A DNA stretch of 54,914 nucleotides, counting the filler, from Sluysia triapertura (Eukaryota), in NCBI GenBank assembly GCA_046118255.1. It is 4 parts of 4 records of this genome, joined end to end, with 100 filler letters (N's around TTAATTAATTAA, not from the genome) between each part and the next. Parts side by side here need not be neighbours in the genome. Positions count along the whole stretch, not along the records: positions 1 to 16,187 come from JBJNIA010207256.1; positions 16,288 to 29,579 come from JBJNIA010048122.1; 2 more parts are not named here. One strand, written 5' to 3'. Under the pieces are notes generated by a model, which was given only the letters and a program-made list of their open reading frames with translations, was not told the DNA's origin and made no database searches. Below, piece after piece: positions 13,105 through 25,560 of this stretch (positions are counted from its first letter, which is position 1; each line of letters starts with the position of its first letter). The translations under genes were made by a program, and so were the position numbers.

Positions 13105-13630
13105 TGTGAGAAAAAGTAAACGCAAACAGAATAAAATAAGTTAAAGATGTAAGTCCACTAATGTACTGGACTTACCTGCTGGGGCCAGCCGTTGGATTTT
13201 TATAAGATAATTTAAAAGAAAAGTAAGTTAATTGAGGGCCTTTCTATATGAAGGTGAATATTCTTGTTATTTTAGAAGATTTTAATTTGAATTGCAAAAA
13301 TCAAAAAATTTAAATAAATAAAATTTAATTGTATATTTTACAGAAGATTTCTTTATACGGAATCGTAAACAAGATTTTACTTACTAGAATTAAATTCTAG
13401 TTAAAATTAATGCATGACTTTAATCGATTTTAAAACTATGTTTAATAAATTACAAGGAAAAATATTTTATTTTCGTACAAGGAATACAACGAATAAATAT
13501 TATTAATAATAGTAATAAAATTTACATTAACTATCTCTAGTTAGTTATAATCAAATATATTTTATAAAATGATTTTTCTTAAGATCGTTATATGATCTAA
13601 AATATTATTAATAAATTTAAGTCAAATTTT
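13105..13630. repeat. Repeat family C, copy 1 (solo-LTR-like); second copy at 43940-44480
   Basis: Shared blocks tactggacttacc...gggccagccgttggatttt, agattttact.actagaattaa.ttctagt and ttttataaaat..ttttct..agatc. Confidence 0.8.
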
Positions 13631-13647
13631 ACTAGTGATATATAATA

Positions 13648-13770
13648 CATCTATCCCCCGATTTACACGGTAGATACGTTCCTGAGAAAAACGTAAAAAA
13701 ACTTATTTGGAAAAACGATAAAAACAAAAAAACTTATTTGGAAAACCGTGCAAATCGGGGGATAAGTGTG
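13648..13770. mobile_element. Tc1/pogo (Tigger-like) MITE, about 123 bp
   Basis: TIRs tatcccccgatttacacgg / ccgtgcaaatcgggggata (1 mismatch), TA flanks, and an internal direct repeat aaaaaaacttatttggaaaa x2. Confidence 0.85.
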
Positions 13771-16187
13771 TATTGTTCTTAAAAATATTAAACTAACGTT
13801 ACTTTATCAGAAAGATAATCAATCTTCTTGGTAACTACTGGAATGAAACTTTTAAAACAAAATTTTTTTTAAAATTCTCGTGTTGCGTTAAAAATCTTGT
13901 GTGTTGAATGTTAAAAATTTGTCTGTTTATATTTAAAAATTTAAAAATTAATAAGTTTTAAAAATTAAATTAGTGATGTTAGTTTTAATACAATTCTAAT
14001 AAAATTAAAATAGGTTAAAAATTAAAATAAATAAAAAATTCTTAGGGTATAAAATTAATATTTTGTAATTCCAATTAAAACAAAATTTATATAAAATTAA
14101 TCATAAAATTCACAAAATAAAATTTGTACTAATCGAATATATAAAATATCAATGTTATTATTATAGTGCTAATGAGTCACCAAGATATTTAAGTATGTCA
14201 ATGTTATTAAATCATCACTTAGTGAATCTAATTAATCACCACATTTTGAATATTAAATTAACGAGTTTGTAATTTCATGTCTGTAAAATGACAATGAAAC
14301 AGAAGCATTTTAATGTTAACATTTTATTTGCATTACATATAAAGTTTCATTGGTCACAGTACATTTTACCTGTCTGGAATGCATGAAATTTTGAATTGTG
14401 TATTTATTAAAAAGTATTAAAAATATTGTAGAAGTGATTTTTAAAATAAAAACTATTACTTCCGAATATACATTTTAAAATAATTTTATAGTTTTTACTT
14501 ATATATGTTTATTATTATTCAATTTTTTGAATTTAAATGCCATTTGATACTAACAAAATTTCATTTAATTAATCTTTTTATTTTGGAATTCAAAATCTGA
14601 ATTAGTCACTAAGTATTTTTCCGTACTAATTAATGAAGTATGCGCACATTGTTCAATTAGTGACTATTCCATACGGTACTGTATTAAGGAAAATTTATTT
14701 ACCCTAATCTAAAATATATTTAAGGATTTTGATATATAACATATTTTAAGCCATTGCATATTTATGTATTGTAATAGTTATATTTAAACTACTAAACAAT
14801 CTGCACATATTTTTAAACGCATTGTAAGTATTTAATGACAATGAAAGTCATGTATTTTCATCAAAATAATTTAAAATAAAATTTAATAACTGATTAGTGC
14901 CCCCCACCACTCTATCATTCATTTAGCTCACCAAAGAGAACTTTAATTACATTTAATTTTATACTTAAACGTTTTCATTCTGATTATTTCTTTAATTACA
15001 ATAATTTCTTGATCATTTATTTATTCTTTTGTAAGGATTTTAAATTCAAGTTACAAAATAAGGCTTTCAAATTTTCTTTTAGGTTTTTTTTCCTATGTAG
15101 AATTAAAATTTAAGTATTATTCTGAAGTAGTTGCAAAAATAATTTAGTCCTTGAAATATATGCGGAATGGTTTGAATGAAGTGAAAACTGTTTGTCGATA
15201 ATATCGAAGGTAATGTAAAAATATAAGAATTATCTGAATGTATAGCTCCATGAAGTTGTTTTCATAAAACAAAATCAAATTGTATTATTGAGTTCCTTAA
15301 TTATGAAACTCGTTAATATAAGTCTATTATCTTAAAGTGTATATTCTTGTCAAATGTTAGCTATTTTATATCACTTGTTCAGTATAAAGACTCCAAATTA
15401 ATATAAAATTATTTTTGATCTCTATTATTCTTTAATTTATTTTCTCGATATCGGTCTCTAACTAACAAAGAACTTTGCTTAATGATAATCTATATCTAAC
15501 AAATATTTATATATGATAACGCGAACCCTATACTAGTCTCAGCCGTTCGAGATGGAAGTGCTTTAACAAGTAAAATAACGCTTTGCGACACAAGGTTTTA
15601 TTTTATTCAAATTTTATTTCTAAGAATTTCCGCCCTTACTCACGTTTTAACATTCTTTATTCTGGAAGATCCAATTTATTCAACTTTTATTTTATAGACG
15701 TTAATTGATTAAACTTTATATTATCAATCCCCTTAGATTTTCTGTTGATATAAAGCAAAACCTATAAAAATAATAAGTTTTATTTAGATATTACAATCAA
15801 TTTTATTACAAAAATTTGAATTAAATTTAGAATAAAAAATAAGAATTTATAATCCTGTATAAATTTTGTACATGTAACGCTAAGTAAACTCAATGATTTT
15901 ATTTTTAATCACCATTCGAATCTAATTAGAGTACCACACAGTATTTTCAGACATTCAGTTACGTAAAATTTTATTTACAATGTTTTTATAAGTATTTTAA
16001 AATATTTTATGCATATTGTGTCGATATTCTGCAGTAATATTAATTTAGTTTCTACATAGATTTGTACTTAGATAAGTTTTAATTTACTTTTGATTATTTA
16101 AGATATTAAACATTTTTAATTTCATAACTTTCTAATTTGTGTGCAGATTTATAATTAGGTTATTTACTTTTTTTCGTTTTTAGAAGT

Positions 16188-16287
16188 NNNNNNNNNNNNN
16201 NNNNNNNNNNNNNNNNNNNNNNNNNNNNNNNTTAATTAATTAANNNNNNNNNNNNNNNNNNNNNNNNNNNNNNNNNNNNNNNNNNNN
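16188..16287. other. Assembly gap (100 bp) with TTAATTAATTAA six-frame-stop spacer
   Basis: N44-TTAATTAATTAA-N44; identical constructs at 29580-29679 and 42903-43002. Confidence 0.97.
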
Positions 16288-16539
16288 GCTAAAGTTTGAA
16301 TAAGTTGTGTCACCCCTGGTTATAATTTGTTTTTAAAAGAATAATTCATTTTTATAAAGAATAGCTTGTATATTCATTTTTATAAAGACAATTCGTATTG
16401 TTATAATTTATATACTCTAATTGTAGTTTTGATAATCTAACAAATATATTGAGGTTTTGAGTTTATTTAATTATTGAGCTTTGATTTAATAATTTGGGAA
16501 TATAAAAGTATAGAGACACAACAATTTCAAAGACGCAAC

Positions 16540-17270
16540 ATATGGATAGAATATCGAGGAGATTGGCGAAACCTGATTAAGCAAAAAGATAAATAAACTT
16601 CCATATGTTCACATATATATTAACAAATAAGGACTTACTTAGTAGTGTTATATCTAGACTAGGAGATTCGACTAATATTATTCTCTTCGTAATAATTTTA
16701 CTTGATATGTTTAGTGTAAATAAAACAAACAGATATGAAATTTTCTTTAATGGACACAGAAGATTGCTCCGAACAATTAAAAATTAAATGTTTAGTAACT
16801 GCACTGGTAAAAGTGTGTTCTCTAAAACGATCAGGTGCAAAATAGTATTGTGGATGTCACAGTAACTATTCAATAATCGATGTTTCAAATATTTTGAAAT
16901 CTTTTAAAATATTACTTAACAATTGCAAGGATTCTTTTTAAAATCGGTTACATAAATCTATATAAGGGAGAAAACTCATAATAATGAATAATGAAAAGGT
17001 AATTTATAATATTAGGACTGCAGATAATGTACGTCTAGATAGAACGTGTGAAAGATGCACTATAGAATATGAAGAAAAATTTATCATAACTTAGTAGACC
17101 AAGAAACATACTAGTAAGTTTAAAAACATTTAACAAAAGCTTTGATGTAGAAAAAGCCACTAAGATATTATGCTGATTTGTAGGATTGATAAAACTAGTT
17201 GTGATACAGGAGAATCGATTTTAATTTACAAATTAAATAAGAACATACCCATTAATATTCTTAAAACAAA
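16540..17270 (+). mobile_element. Possible decayed 3' end of a LINE ORF2 (C-terminal Cys motif)
   Basis: Remnant NIRTADNVRLDRTCERCTIEYEEKFII near 17010-17090 resembles the R.C..C..IEDE.H.I..C tail of non-LTR ORF2. Confidence 0.3.
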
Positions 17271-18311
17271 TGAAGTTTATTTATATCAGGATTTAAAGAT
17301 TTGAATAATTCATAAAGAGTTAAAATATATAAGGAAAATTTAGAAAGGAAAAGCCTACAAAAATAGGAAGAAGGTGGTTTAACATTTATGTTAAATAAAG
17401 AAGTAACCGAAACTATCGCGGAACATATTATTACACAAGCTATGAAAGACATTAAATTAAATACATATTAAATACATATTTTAATACATATTTTAAATAC
17501 ATATTTTAAATATAAAATTGGTTTATACTACGACGTAAGACTAATGTCACTGGGGAAAGTTTACGGAGCTATTATCGCAAGAGACTGTCAATTAAATAAT
17601 GAAATTTAACGCACTAAATTAGCTGTTGTAATTCAAATCCCGATCTAGTAGAATCAATATTAGCATTTGAAGAAAGCTTTTTCGGTAGATTATTTGGATA
17701 TATCTTATATACCTATTAATGCAAATGAGTTAAAATGCAATTATGGGGATTTGAGTGCATAAATGAATTTCCAGTAACTTACGGGAAAATTACATACATA
17801 TCTTGAACCTGTTACCAAACAATAAATTTAAACCTAAAGACATACATTGTTCAAATATCGTGGCACCAGAATGTAGAATAGACGATAATTTGTGGATTTC
17901 CTTACCCCACAGAAGTCACATTAAGGCACCGGAAGTTATAAGCTTAACTGAATTATGAAGTAAATTAAAAATTTTTAGCAACTAAAAAATTCCGCATTCA
18001 GGTATTTATAGTAATGATGACATGCAAACAATTTGGCATGAAATATTATTTCCTATTAAAAGATCAAAAGTTCTAACCGATACTGTAAATAAGGCTCTCT
18101 TAGAGAAAGACGATGGAGTAAATTTTTAATTCTTTTTAGGACAAGATTATTTTAAGAAAGCCCAAGATTCATTAAAACAAATTAGGGATAGTTTCTTTGT
18201 TTTAGAGAAGTTTTCCTAAGTTTAATAGGCATATATATGGCGTTAATTATTTTTCAGGTGTTTTCTGTTCTAGGAATCTATATGATGTCAGGACTGACAT
18301 GGACACAATCT

Positions 18312-20278
18312 TTAGAGATCACAAAGTAATATTTCATGATCAATTGCATGAAAAGCAGCAGACAGGTCTAGCAAAATCATCAAAACACATTTATTGTGTT
18401 TAAAACAATTTAAATCTTCACAATTTATTCTTAAAATAGCCGCTTCTGTTGAGTGATAGGCCCTATAGGCTGATTGATACATTGTAAGAAGTTTATTTAC
18501 ATCTAAGAACTTTGACAATTGTTGCAAAACTGCTTTTTCAATCAATTATTTTTGATACATGTCTGTAATTATTTAAAAGATGAGATACTATAGCGGATAC
18601 TTTTTCACTTGAAGGGAATTTTAGACTATTAATAATTTTCAATAAAATCGGAATAATTTTAGTCAAAATTGAATTATTTTTGATAAGTTTGGTTGTTTTT
18701 GGGTAGGGTTAGGGTTAGAAAAATAATCATCATCACTATTTTTCTTTAATTCAAATTCGTTTGTTTTTCTTCTTTTGAATTTCTAATTTAATATTTGATC
18801 TATTAATGCTATTTCGTATGTTTTCAATTTTCGATACAAAAAATTTTAAAAGTCGTAAGATGTAATTTTATCATTTTCAAAATGATTTTCATTTTTTACC
18901 AAATAATTTATTTAATAATTTATAAATATTCGATTTATTGGCTTTAAACGGATTATTATAAAATCCACTGTTTTACTTTTAACAGCAAACAATTGTAAAT
19001 TTAAATTTATGCATCATTTTTTGTTTCATCAGATTTTTTAATTTTCCATTTTCTTTCTTTGCAGCGATTTATTCTTCGTAGCTTAATAATCTCAGAATCA
19101 AACCAAAGTTTTCATTAACACTATATTTTACAGCAAAAGGTTCATGATTGTTTAAATAAAAGGATAGTGTTCTATTGTATAAATTGCTTAGTGTATCTTC
19201 TGTAAGATTTATTTCTTTTTCAAACTTGATCGATAAGCCTGTGCTCAACTCTTCAATATCAATTTTTGATAAGTTCCTATATTCAATCTTTTTATACCAA
19301 ACACAATTCGTAATCTTAAATTCTACTTTAAAAGTAAATAAATAATGATCAGATATATTTAATAGTTTATTCACTTTTATATGAGTAACGATATTACTAT
19401 CAATATTGATTATTAGTAAATATAATATATTTCCACATTTATGAGTTTAAAATGTTACACGGTTTGTTAAAATGAATATATTAAGTAATTTGATGAATGT
19501 TGTATTTGTTTTACATTCTTCTTTCATGAATTAAATATTTTATCATTTTGAACAGACCTAACATTATGAATATCAAATTTAATATAGTCTTTTGGTGCTT
19601 TTTCAGACTCTATACAATCTTAGTTTTTCGATTTAAATTCATAATTTTCTTATTTTTTAAAATTTCCATGTACTTTGGACATTTATGTGAATTAGCTGCA
19701 TGATTAGTCATTATGACATTTACACAATTTATACACTTGTAGAACTGTTCGTTTTCTTTATTCGGACAAGTTTCTCCTCTATGTTTTTTTTAGGGAAGTA
19801 TAAACATATTGGATCATTTAACTTATACCTGCAATTATGAGAAGTGTGACCAAAAGCTTGGCAGTGATAACATTATATAATATGGTAATGACTCTACAAT
19901 TTTGAAAACCTATATATACCTTACCATTCAAATCAAAATAGTTCTTGATTTTGCATCCGACTTTAATTTAAACTTTTTTAAGTATACCTTTTTAGCTAAT
20001 CTTTCAATTTCTATATTTTTATCAATAATATCAGTGATTATATCACTATTACCAATATCATTACTTACATCATTAATTACAATTTTAGGTAGGACTACAT
20101 TTGGGTTTTCCAACTTGCATTTAAAATGAGATTGGTTAATGCCATCATTAGCTGATTTAATACTTTCCTTATTAGCAAAGTCAATTAATAAATTGCCATT
20201 TGTAGGGAATTCATCACATTTCATCACATAAAAACACTCCACATATACACAAACTATTAAACAAACTACTAAACTCAT
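18312..20278 (-). mobile_element. Decayed L2/CR1-group LINE: ORF1 with three CCHC knuckles, APE endonuclease end, RT N-terminal part (3' truncated)
   Basis: ORF1: PKIVINDV, CYHCQAFGHTSHNC (about 19830-19872), ICLY..KHRGETC, KCINC...HAANSHKCPKY. Endonuclease end: ISDHYL..F....KKIEYRNLSKID. RT: EKAVLQQL..LLTMYQSAYRAYHSTEAAILRI...LLDLSAAFHAIDHEILL. Confidence 0.9.
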
Positions 20279-20520
20279 TTAAAAATAAACACGACCATCA
20301 CATCTAACTATCATGAACTATCGTTATTATTACGATTCATATCATATTAAAATATGTGTAACAATTTAGTCATTATTGTTATATAATAAATATCAAATAG
20401 TAACTTCTATAATAACCTTTGTAATGATTTTCATGATAAAATTTCATAATAAATTTCATAATAAAATCTCAACAATTCTGTACTAAAAAACATAACTGCA
20501 TCATTGTTATCATTATTATT

Positions 20521-21198
20521 ATTTCTTTTTATCCTTATTATAATATATCTTCATTATCTATTGAAAAGGTTTTAAGCAAAAAAAACAAAAACGCTTGTTC
20601 AAATGAAAACAGTAATGAACGTCAAAAGAAAGTACAAGAAGCAATTGTCAAATTGCAACAGAAAATCGAAGAGCATGATACAGTAGAAAAACCTAAGGTA
20701 ATTCCAAGAACTATCGAAGATTTAGGTGAAAAAGATGTAGTTCCGGAAAGATTAGAACAAATAAAATTAGAAAGAAGGCAAAATCAAATTCGTCGAAGAC
20801 TTGAAGATGAAATGGAACGTTTTCAAAAATCGGAAATCAGACAATATCAAGCTACGATCTGGAAACAAAATAAAAGACAAGCCAGAGATATGTTACTTGA
20901 AAAAGTGCAGAATTTAAAACAGGCTGTAAACCCAGAATTAGAAGCTAAAGTTCCTGTTACTACATTAACGGATTCGTTGAAATTGATCGAAAAAGAATTG
21001 AATTTCTTCGACAACAACTACTAGCTCGTGAAAAAGATCGTAAAGAACGTGATGAAGCAGCATTAAATATGTTGAAAACATTGAGGATGCTCAGCGTTTA
21101 CGACACAATTTAAGATGGAGTGAAGCGCAAGATCGAATGTTGCATATGTCTCGCTGAACTGAATGAACTGGATATTTTCATTATTCCTAAAAATTAAT
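20521..21198 (+). pseudogene. Charged coiled-coil protein followed, after a frameshift and stop, by a truncated RING-finger start
   Basis: The frame is open from at least 20521 through the 123-aa E/K/R/Q-rich ORF. It continues in a shifted frame as RQQLLAREKDRKERDEAALNML, then KIECCICLAELNELDIFIIP, and breaks where the RING CxH would follow. Confidence 0.45.
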
Positions 21199-24100
21199 AA
21201 TCAAATTTATTAATATTTATATACTCACTACTGAAAGTAGATAAATTTATATTAATAACTATACTTAATGATAAAACGCTATTCAATGATCCAATGCTAC
21301 AAAATAATGTTGAGTATATTGTCAGATTTAAAAGATTATCATACAGATGAACTGCATTCTACTGAAGCTACACTTACCGATTCATACTGATAATAATTAA
21401 TCAATTTGAATATTTTTTAATGGAAATATATATTTATTGAACTATATATTACCAATTTAGTCTAAACTTTAAAAGTTACAACGTAAAATAGATTTATTAT
21501 AAACTGCTTCATAAATGTACCATTTTTGTTGATTTATTATGCCTTTTCTAAATAGCATTTACTGTGATGATATAAAAAATTATCTATTTGAATAAATACT
21601 TTCATAGATTATTTTATTTACAAAATAAAATCAAATATTTATACCGCATATTTTATTAACAAAATATTTTTAGTAACAAAAGTAAAAAACTAAAAAATTT
21701 CCGACGTTAAATTAACTACTGCAGATGTTAAATTATAATATGCGTTTTAGCAATGAAATAATGAATAATAATAGTTTATCATTTGCTAATGTAGTCTGTA
21801 TACTCACTGAACAAATTCTACATAAGAAATCAATACATATTATCTTAATTAACATTATATATGTATCAATATTAGTATTACTATTAAGACTATTATTATT
21901 ATTATCATTATTAATAATATTATCATTTTTATTGTCATTATTATTATCATTATTATGTTTTATATGAAATCATTGTTTTTGTCTCATTCTTAGCAAATTA
22001 AGAAACTAATTTGAAAAATAATCTTCTTATCATTATTAGTATTATATAACTAAAATAGCTTATTATTTATACAAAACATTTTAATTTACGTCTCGTACGT
22101 TTTTTCATAAAATTATGATTAAATTATTTGTACAAAAGTGACATATATATGTATATATATACTCAATTATTATTCAAACTTTTCACAAAGTTTGTAATAA
22201 ATGGTGCTCAAATAAATCAACATTTTATAGATAAATAAATGCATTTAAATGTTATAAAATATTATAAATTTATTTAAATAATAACAATAATCTAATATCG
22301 AAAATTTACTCAAGAATTACAATATGACCACAACAAGTAACAACGAATTATAAATTTCAGTTATAACATAATTAGAATTAAAGTTTTAATTTAAAATTCG
22401 GTATATATTGATACCTGTTTCAAAGTACAAATCAGTCGACATTATTAACGGTTTAAATCTAATACTTGATTGTTGATTATAGCAATAATTGAGAAACAAT
22501 TTTCTAATTTTCCAATATTTTATTGTTGCCATTTAAATTTATTGGTAATGTTTTGTATAAAAGTTATAAAAGTTATTCAATTAATTAAGTTTTAGTTTCG
22601 TTATTTTTGAAAGTTAATTGCCGATCAGTACTCAGTTCTGTCCAGATGATAATTCTAGTTTTACCTTTAATGACAGGTTAAAAATTTCTTTGAAAATGTA
22701 AAATAAATGGTTATCGAATAATAGTTATGTAATAATAATTATTATTATTATTTGATATAAATAATTTAATAATTTATAATAATAATTTATTATAATAATA
22801 ATACTTTTTTGTGCAATAACCTAAAAATATTGACAAATGAAATTTATAGTAAAGGAACAGTAAATTCGTTTTATTCTCTCATTTAAAGAAACATTAAAAG
22901 AAGAAACTTCTTAAAATTTCTTAAATTTTGTTTTGATCAAAGGGGTTTGAAAATGTAGTCAAATTCTGAGAGTCAAGTATTGATCATAAATTTGTTTCTA
23001 TGAATAATTTTAAAAATGTTTCATTTTTATATTTTTATTTTGTTTCTTTATCAAATCTCAAAGCTTTTGTTACTATAATGTATAATTAATTATTAATTAT
23101 ATTAATGTTAGAAGGCATTTTCAGAACTAACGTCTGTAACAAACTAACATCAATGAATAATAATGAAATAATAATAATACTAATTATTAAATATTAATAG
23201 TAATCGTGAAAATATCAAGATCAAGAATCAAGTCATCAAATATGTGTGGTACTATTAAGTGGTACTACGAGCTAGAATAAGCTATGTCAGTAATCACTCG
23301 AAATGCATATTACTTAATTAAATGCATAATTAAATCCAACAAATATTTGGCACAGTTTACAAAAGTTAATTCCATAGTGATATAAACATTTTGACTTAAT
23401 TAGTTTAACAATTAATTTTAATTCAACTAAATTTAGTGGTCATTGTTGTTATTCAGAGCATAACACTAATTTGCACGTGCAACTTTGGCATACATTTTGA
23501 CATACAAAATATCACTTCTATTAATTTTTTGATAGCTGTTAATTCCAAATCAGACGACAACAATTTACTTATAAGTTTATCACATTTAGTGTAATTTTTA
23601 AATCTTAGGTAAAATCATATTAAAATTTTTCAGGGCATTTTAAACAATGGTCAATAATATTTTCAAAAAATTATTACTAAATATTTAAATATTACTACGT
23701 TAATAATTCTGCATTACAATTACATATTGCACTAAATTTTTTAATTTGACTTAGTAGCTATAGATTCTTCTCTTCAAAACATTAATTAAAGATTAATTTT
23801 TTTTATTTTGTTGATAAAACGTTCATAAAAATTTACTTAAAATATCATTACGATTATTTTCACTACATTTTAAAACCTTAACAAAAATCGTAATATATAT
23901 CAAAGAAAAGATAAAGTTTATAATTTCAAATTTCTTACTGCTAACATAAATGTTACACTCAATTTTATTATAAAAACAACAATTGACCAAGTTCTTTCTT
24001 ACAACACAACAAACTAAATCTTAGATTGCAATCACACGAATCTTAAACATTTTCCAGTTTCCATTACATTTAATGTCTCAAAACTGTTAATGCAATAAAA

Positions 24101-24321
24101 GTAACAGCGACGTCAGAGTAATAACAGTAACATAAATGACAATGCGTCATCTACAAATACTTTCCATGACAATTTAATCACTCTTCATGATCACTTTATT
24201 TTCCACCAAACAATGATTTGCTTCAACTACTCCCTTATTTTCAGGACGTTTTCAAATATTGATTTTTCTAAAAACAAAAAGAAAACTAGTTGAACATATC
24301 GCAGAGACTCACTAGTAGTAC

Positions 24322-24980
24322 TGTTAGGTTATCGTCACAACCTTTTTAAAATTACAAAACAACAAAAAAGCAAAAAAAAACTACTTACAACATTAATATA
24401 AGCTATTTTCTAATAAAGAAACTTATTTTCTTAATTTCTAAAAAGAAAATTCCTTACTAAAAATAGAAAAGAAGGTTCTAAATGTTCTAGAATATTCTAG
24501 AATTATACTCGCCCATGATTGGCTGCTGGTTTATATAAGTAGCTGTAGTTAATCATAAAGAAAACACAATTTTAGGCGCTATTTTGGATTTAACTATTAT
24601 TATTAAACTCCAATAATTTAGTCCTCATTTTGGAGTTTACTGTAAATTTTTAAACTCTAATTATTGAGTCTGGATTTCGATCATCATAGTCAATTGTCAT
24701 ACGTCTCAAACAGAATCATTACCTCTCCTTCGCTTCAATTGAATATCAATCTAATTACCATGAGTGTGGAAAATTGCTTTTGTTAAGATGCTTTTTATCT
24801 TCCCAGAGAAGGTAAAAATATTAAAATTAAACGATTTTTATTTACCCCGATGTAACGAGGGGAATATTTTTAATTTAAACTTAAATAGCTAAACAATTAA
24901 ATATACATGATGATTTTAATTTTAAATTTAATTATTTTGTCTTCGATCTTATATAAACCTTTAATATTTGCCTGTTTGAT
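24322..24980 (+). repeat. Repeat family A, copy 2 (solo-LTR-like; TG start, ATTGG and TATATAA boxes)
   Basis: TGTTAGGTT..cgtcacaacc start; ttctagaat.ttctagaa; attggctg; tatataa; tttttatcttc/gaaggtaaaaa hairpin; cgatgtaa. All are mirrored at 27280-27851. Confidence 0.75.
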
Positions 24981-25089
24981 TGTTACTAATAAAAATTATT
25001 TTTTTAATTGTTGTCATTGACAAAGTACATTGAGATTAAAGACACTCACTAGTAGACATTTTTTATTAAATTTGTATTTGCTTAAGAAT

Positions 25090-25215
25090 AATTACAGGAA
25101 CACATTCTATACGATATAAGACGTTTACTGTAACAGGACCCTGTTTAGTTTTCATTTTTTCTCTAGGTTAGGGTTAGGGTTACTAATAAAGATTACTAAT
25201 AATCTTTATTAGTAA
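25090..25215 (-). repeat. Repeat family B, copy 2, with adjacent (TTAGGG)n-like repeats and a perfect 16-bp hairpin
   Basis: Minus strand cagggtcctgttacagtaaacgtctt; taggttagggttagggtta at 25164-25182; ttactaataaagatta-ctaa-taatctttattagtaa at 25180-25215. Confidence 0.7.
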
Positions 25216-25560
25216 TAATTATACAAATCACTAGGTAATTCACTTAATGCACTTTCTGATAATTATTTTGAAAATAACTGAAAAAATTTAATGACAAGAG
25301 ATTTTAATATAAAAATAAATGAAGAATACAAGTAAAAAATTCGTAGAATTATTAAATATACTAATTTAATGACTCGCGAATGTGGAAGTATATTAAATGT
25401 ATTAATAATGTATTGGCAATATTTTTACTGATATCAAAGTGAATGATGTCATAAACCCCTAACACATACAACACAAACATCCACTACACTTTATACCAAC
25501 ACATAATAACTTAAATAAAATATGATATTTTTAACTTGAATAATATATAATATACTGTAA

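Noticed and set aside
16232-16243. TTAATTAATTAA palindrome recurring in three places
   Set aside because: It is always centred in a 100-bp N gap, so it is an assembly spacer with stops in all six frames, not biology.
17459-17512. aatacatatt repeats as a CRISPR-like or iteron array
   Set aside because: A short degenerate tandem repeat without unique spacers, in a eukaryotic context, with no cas-like ORFs.
18701-18718. True telomere or chromosome-fusion site
   Set aside because: Only 2-3 TTAGGG units, in an interstitial position.
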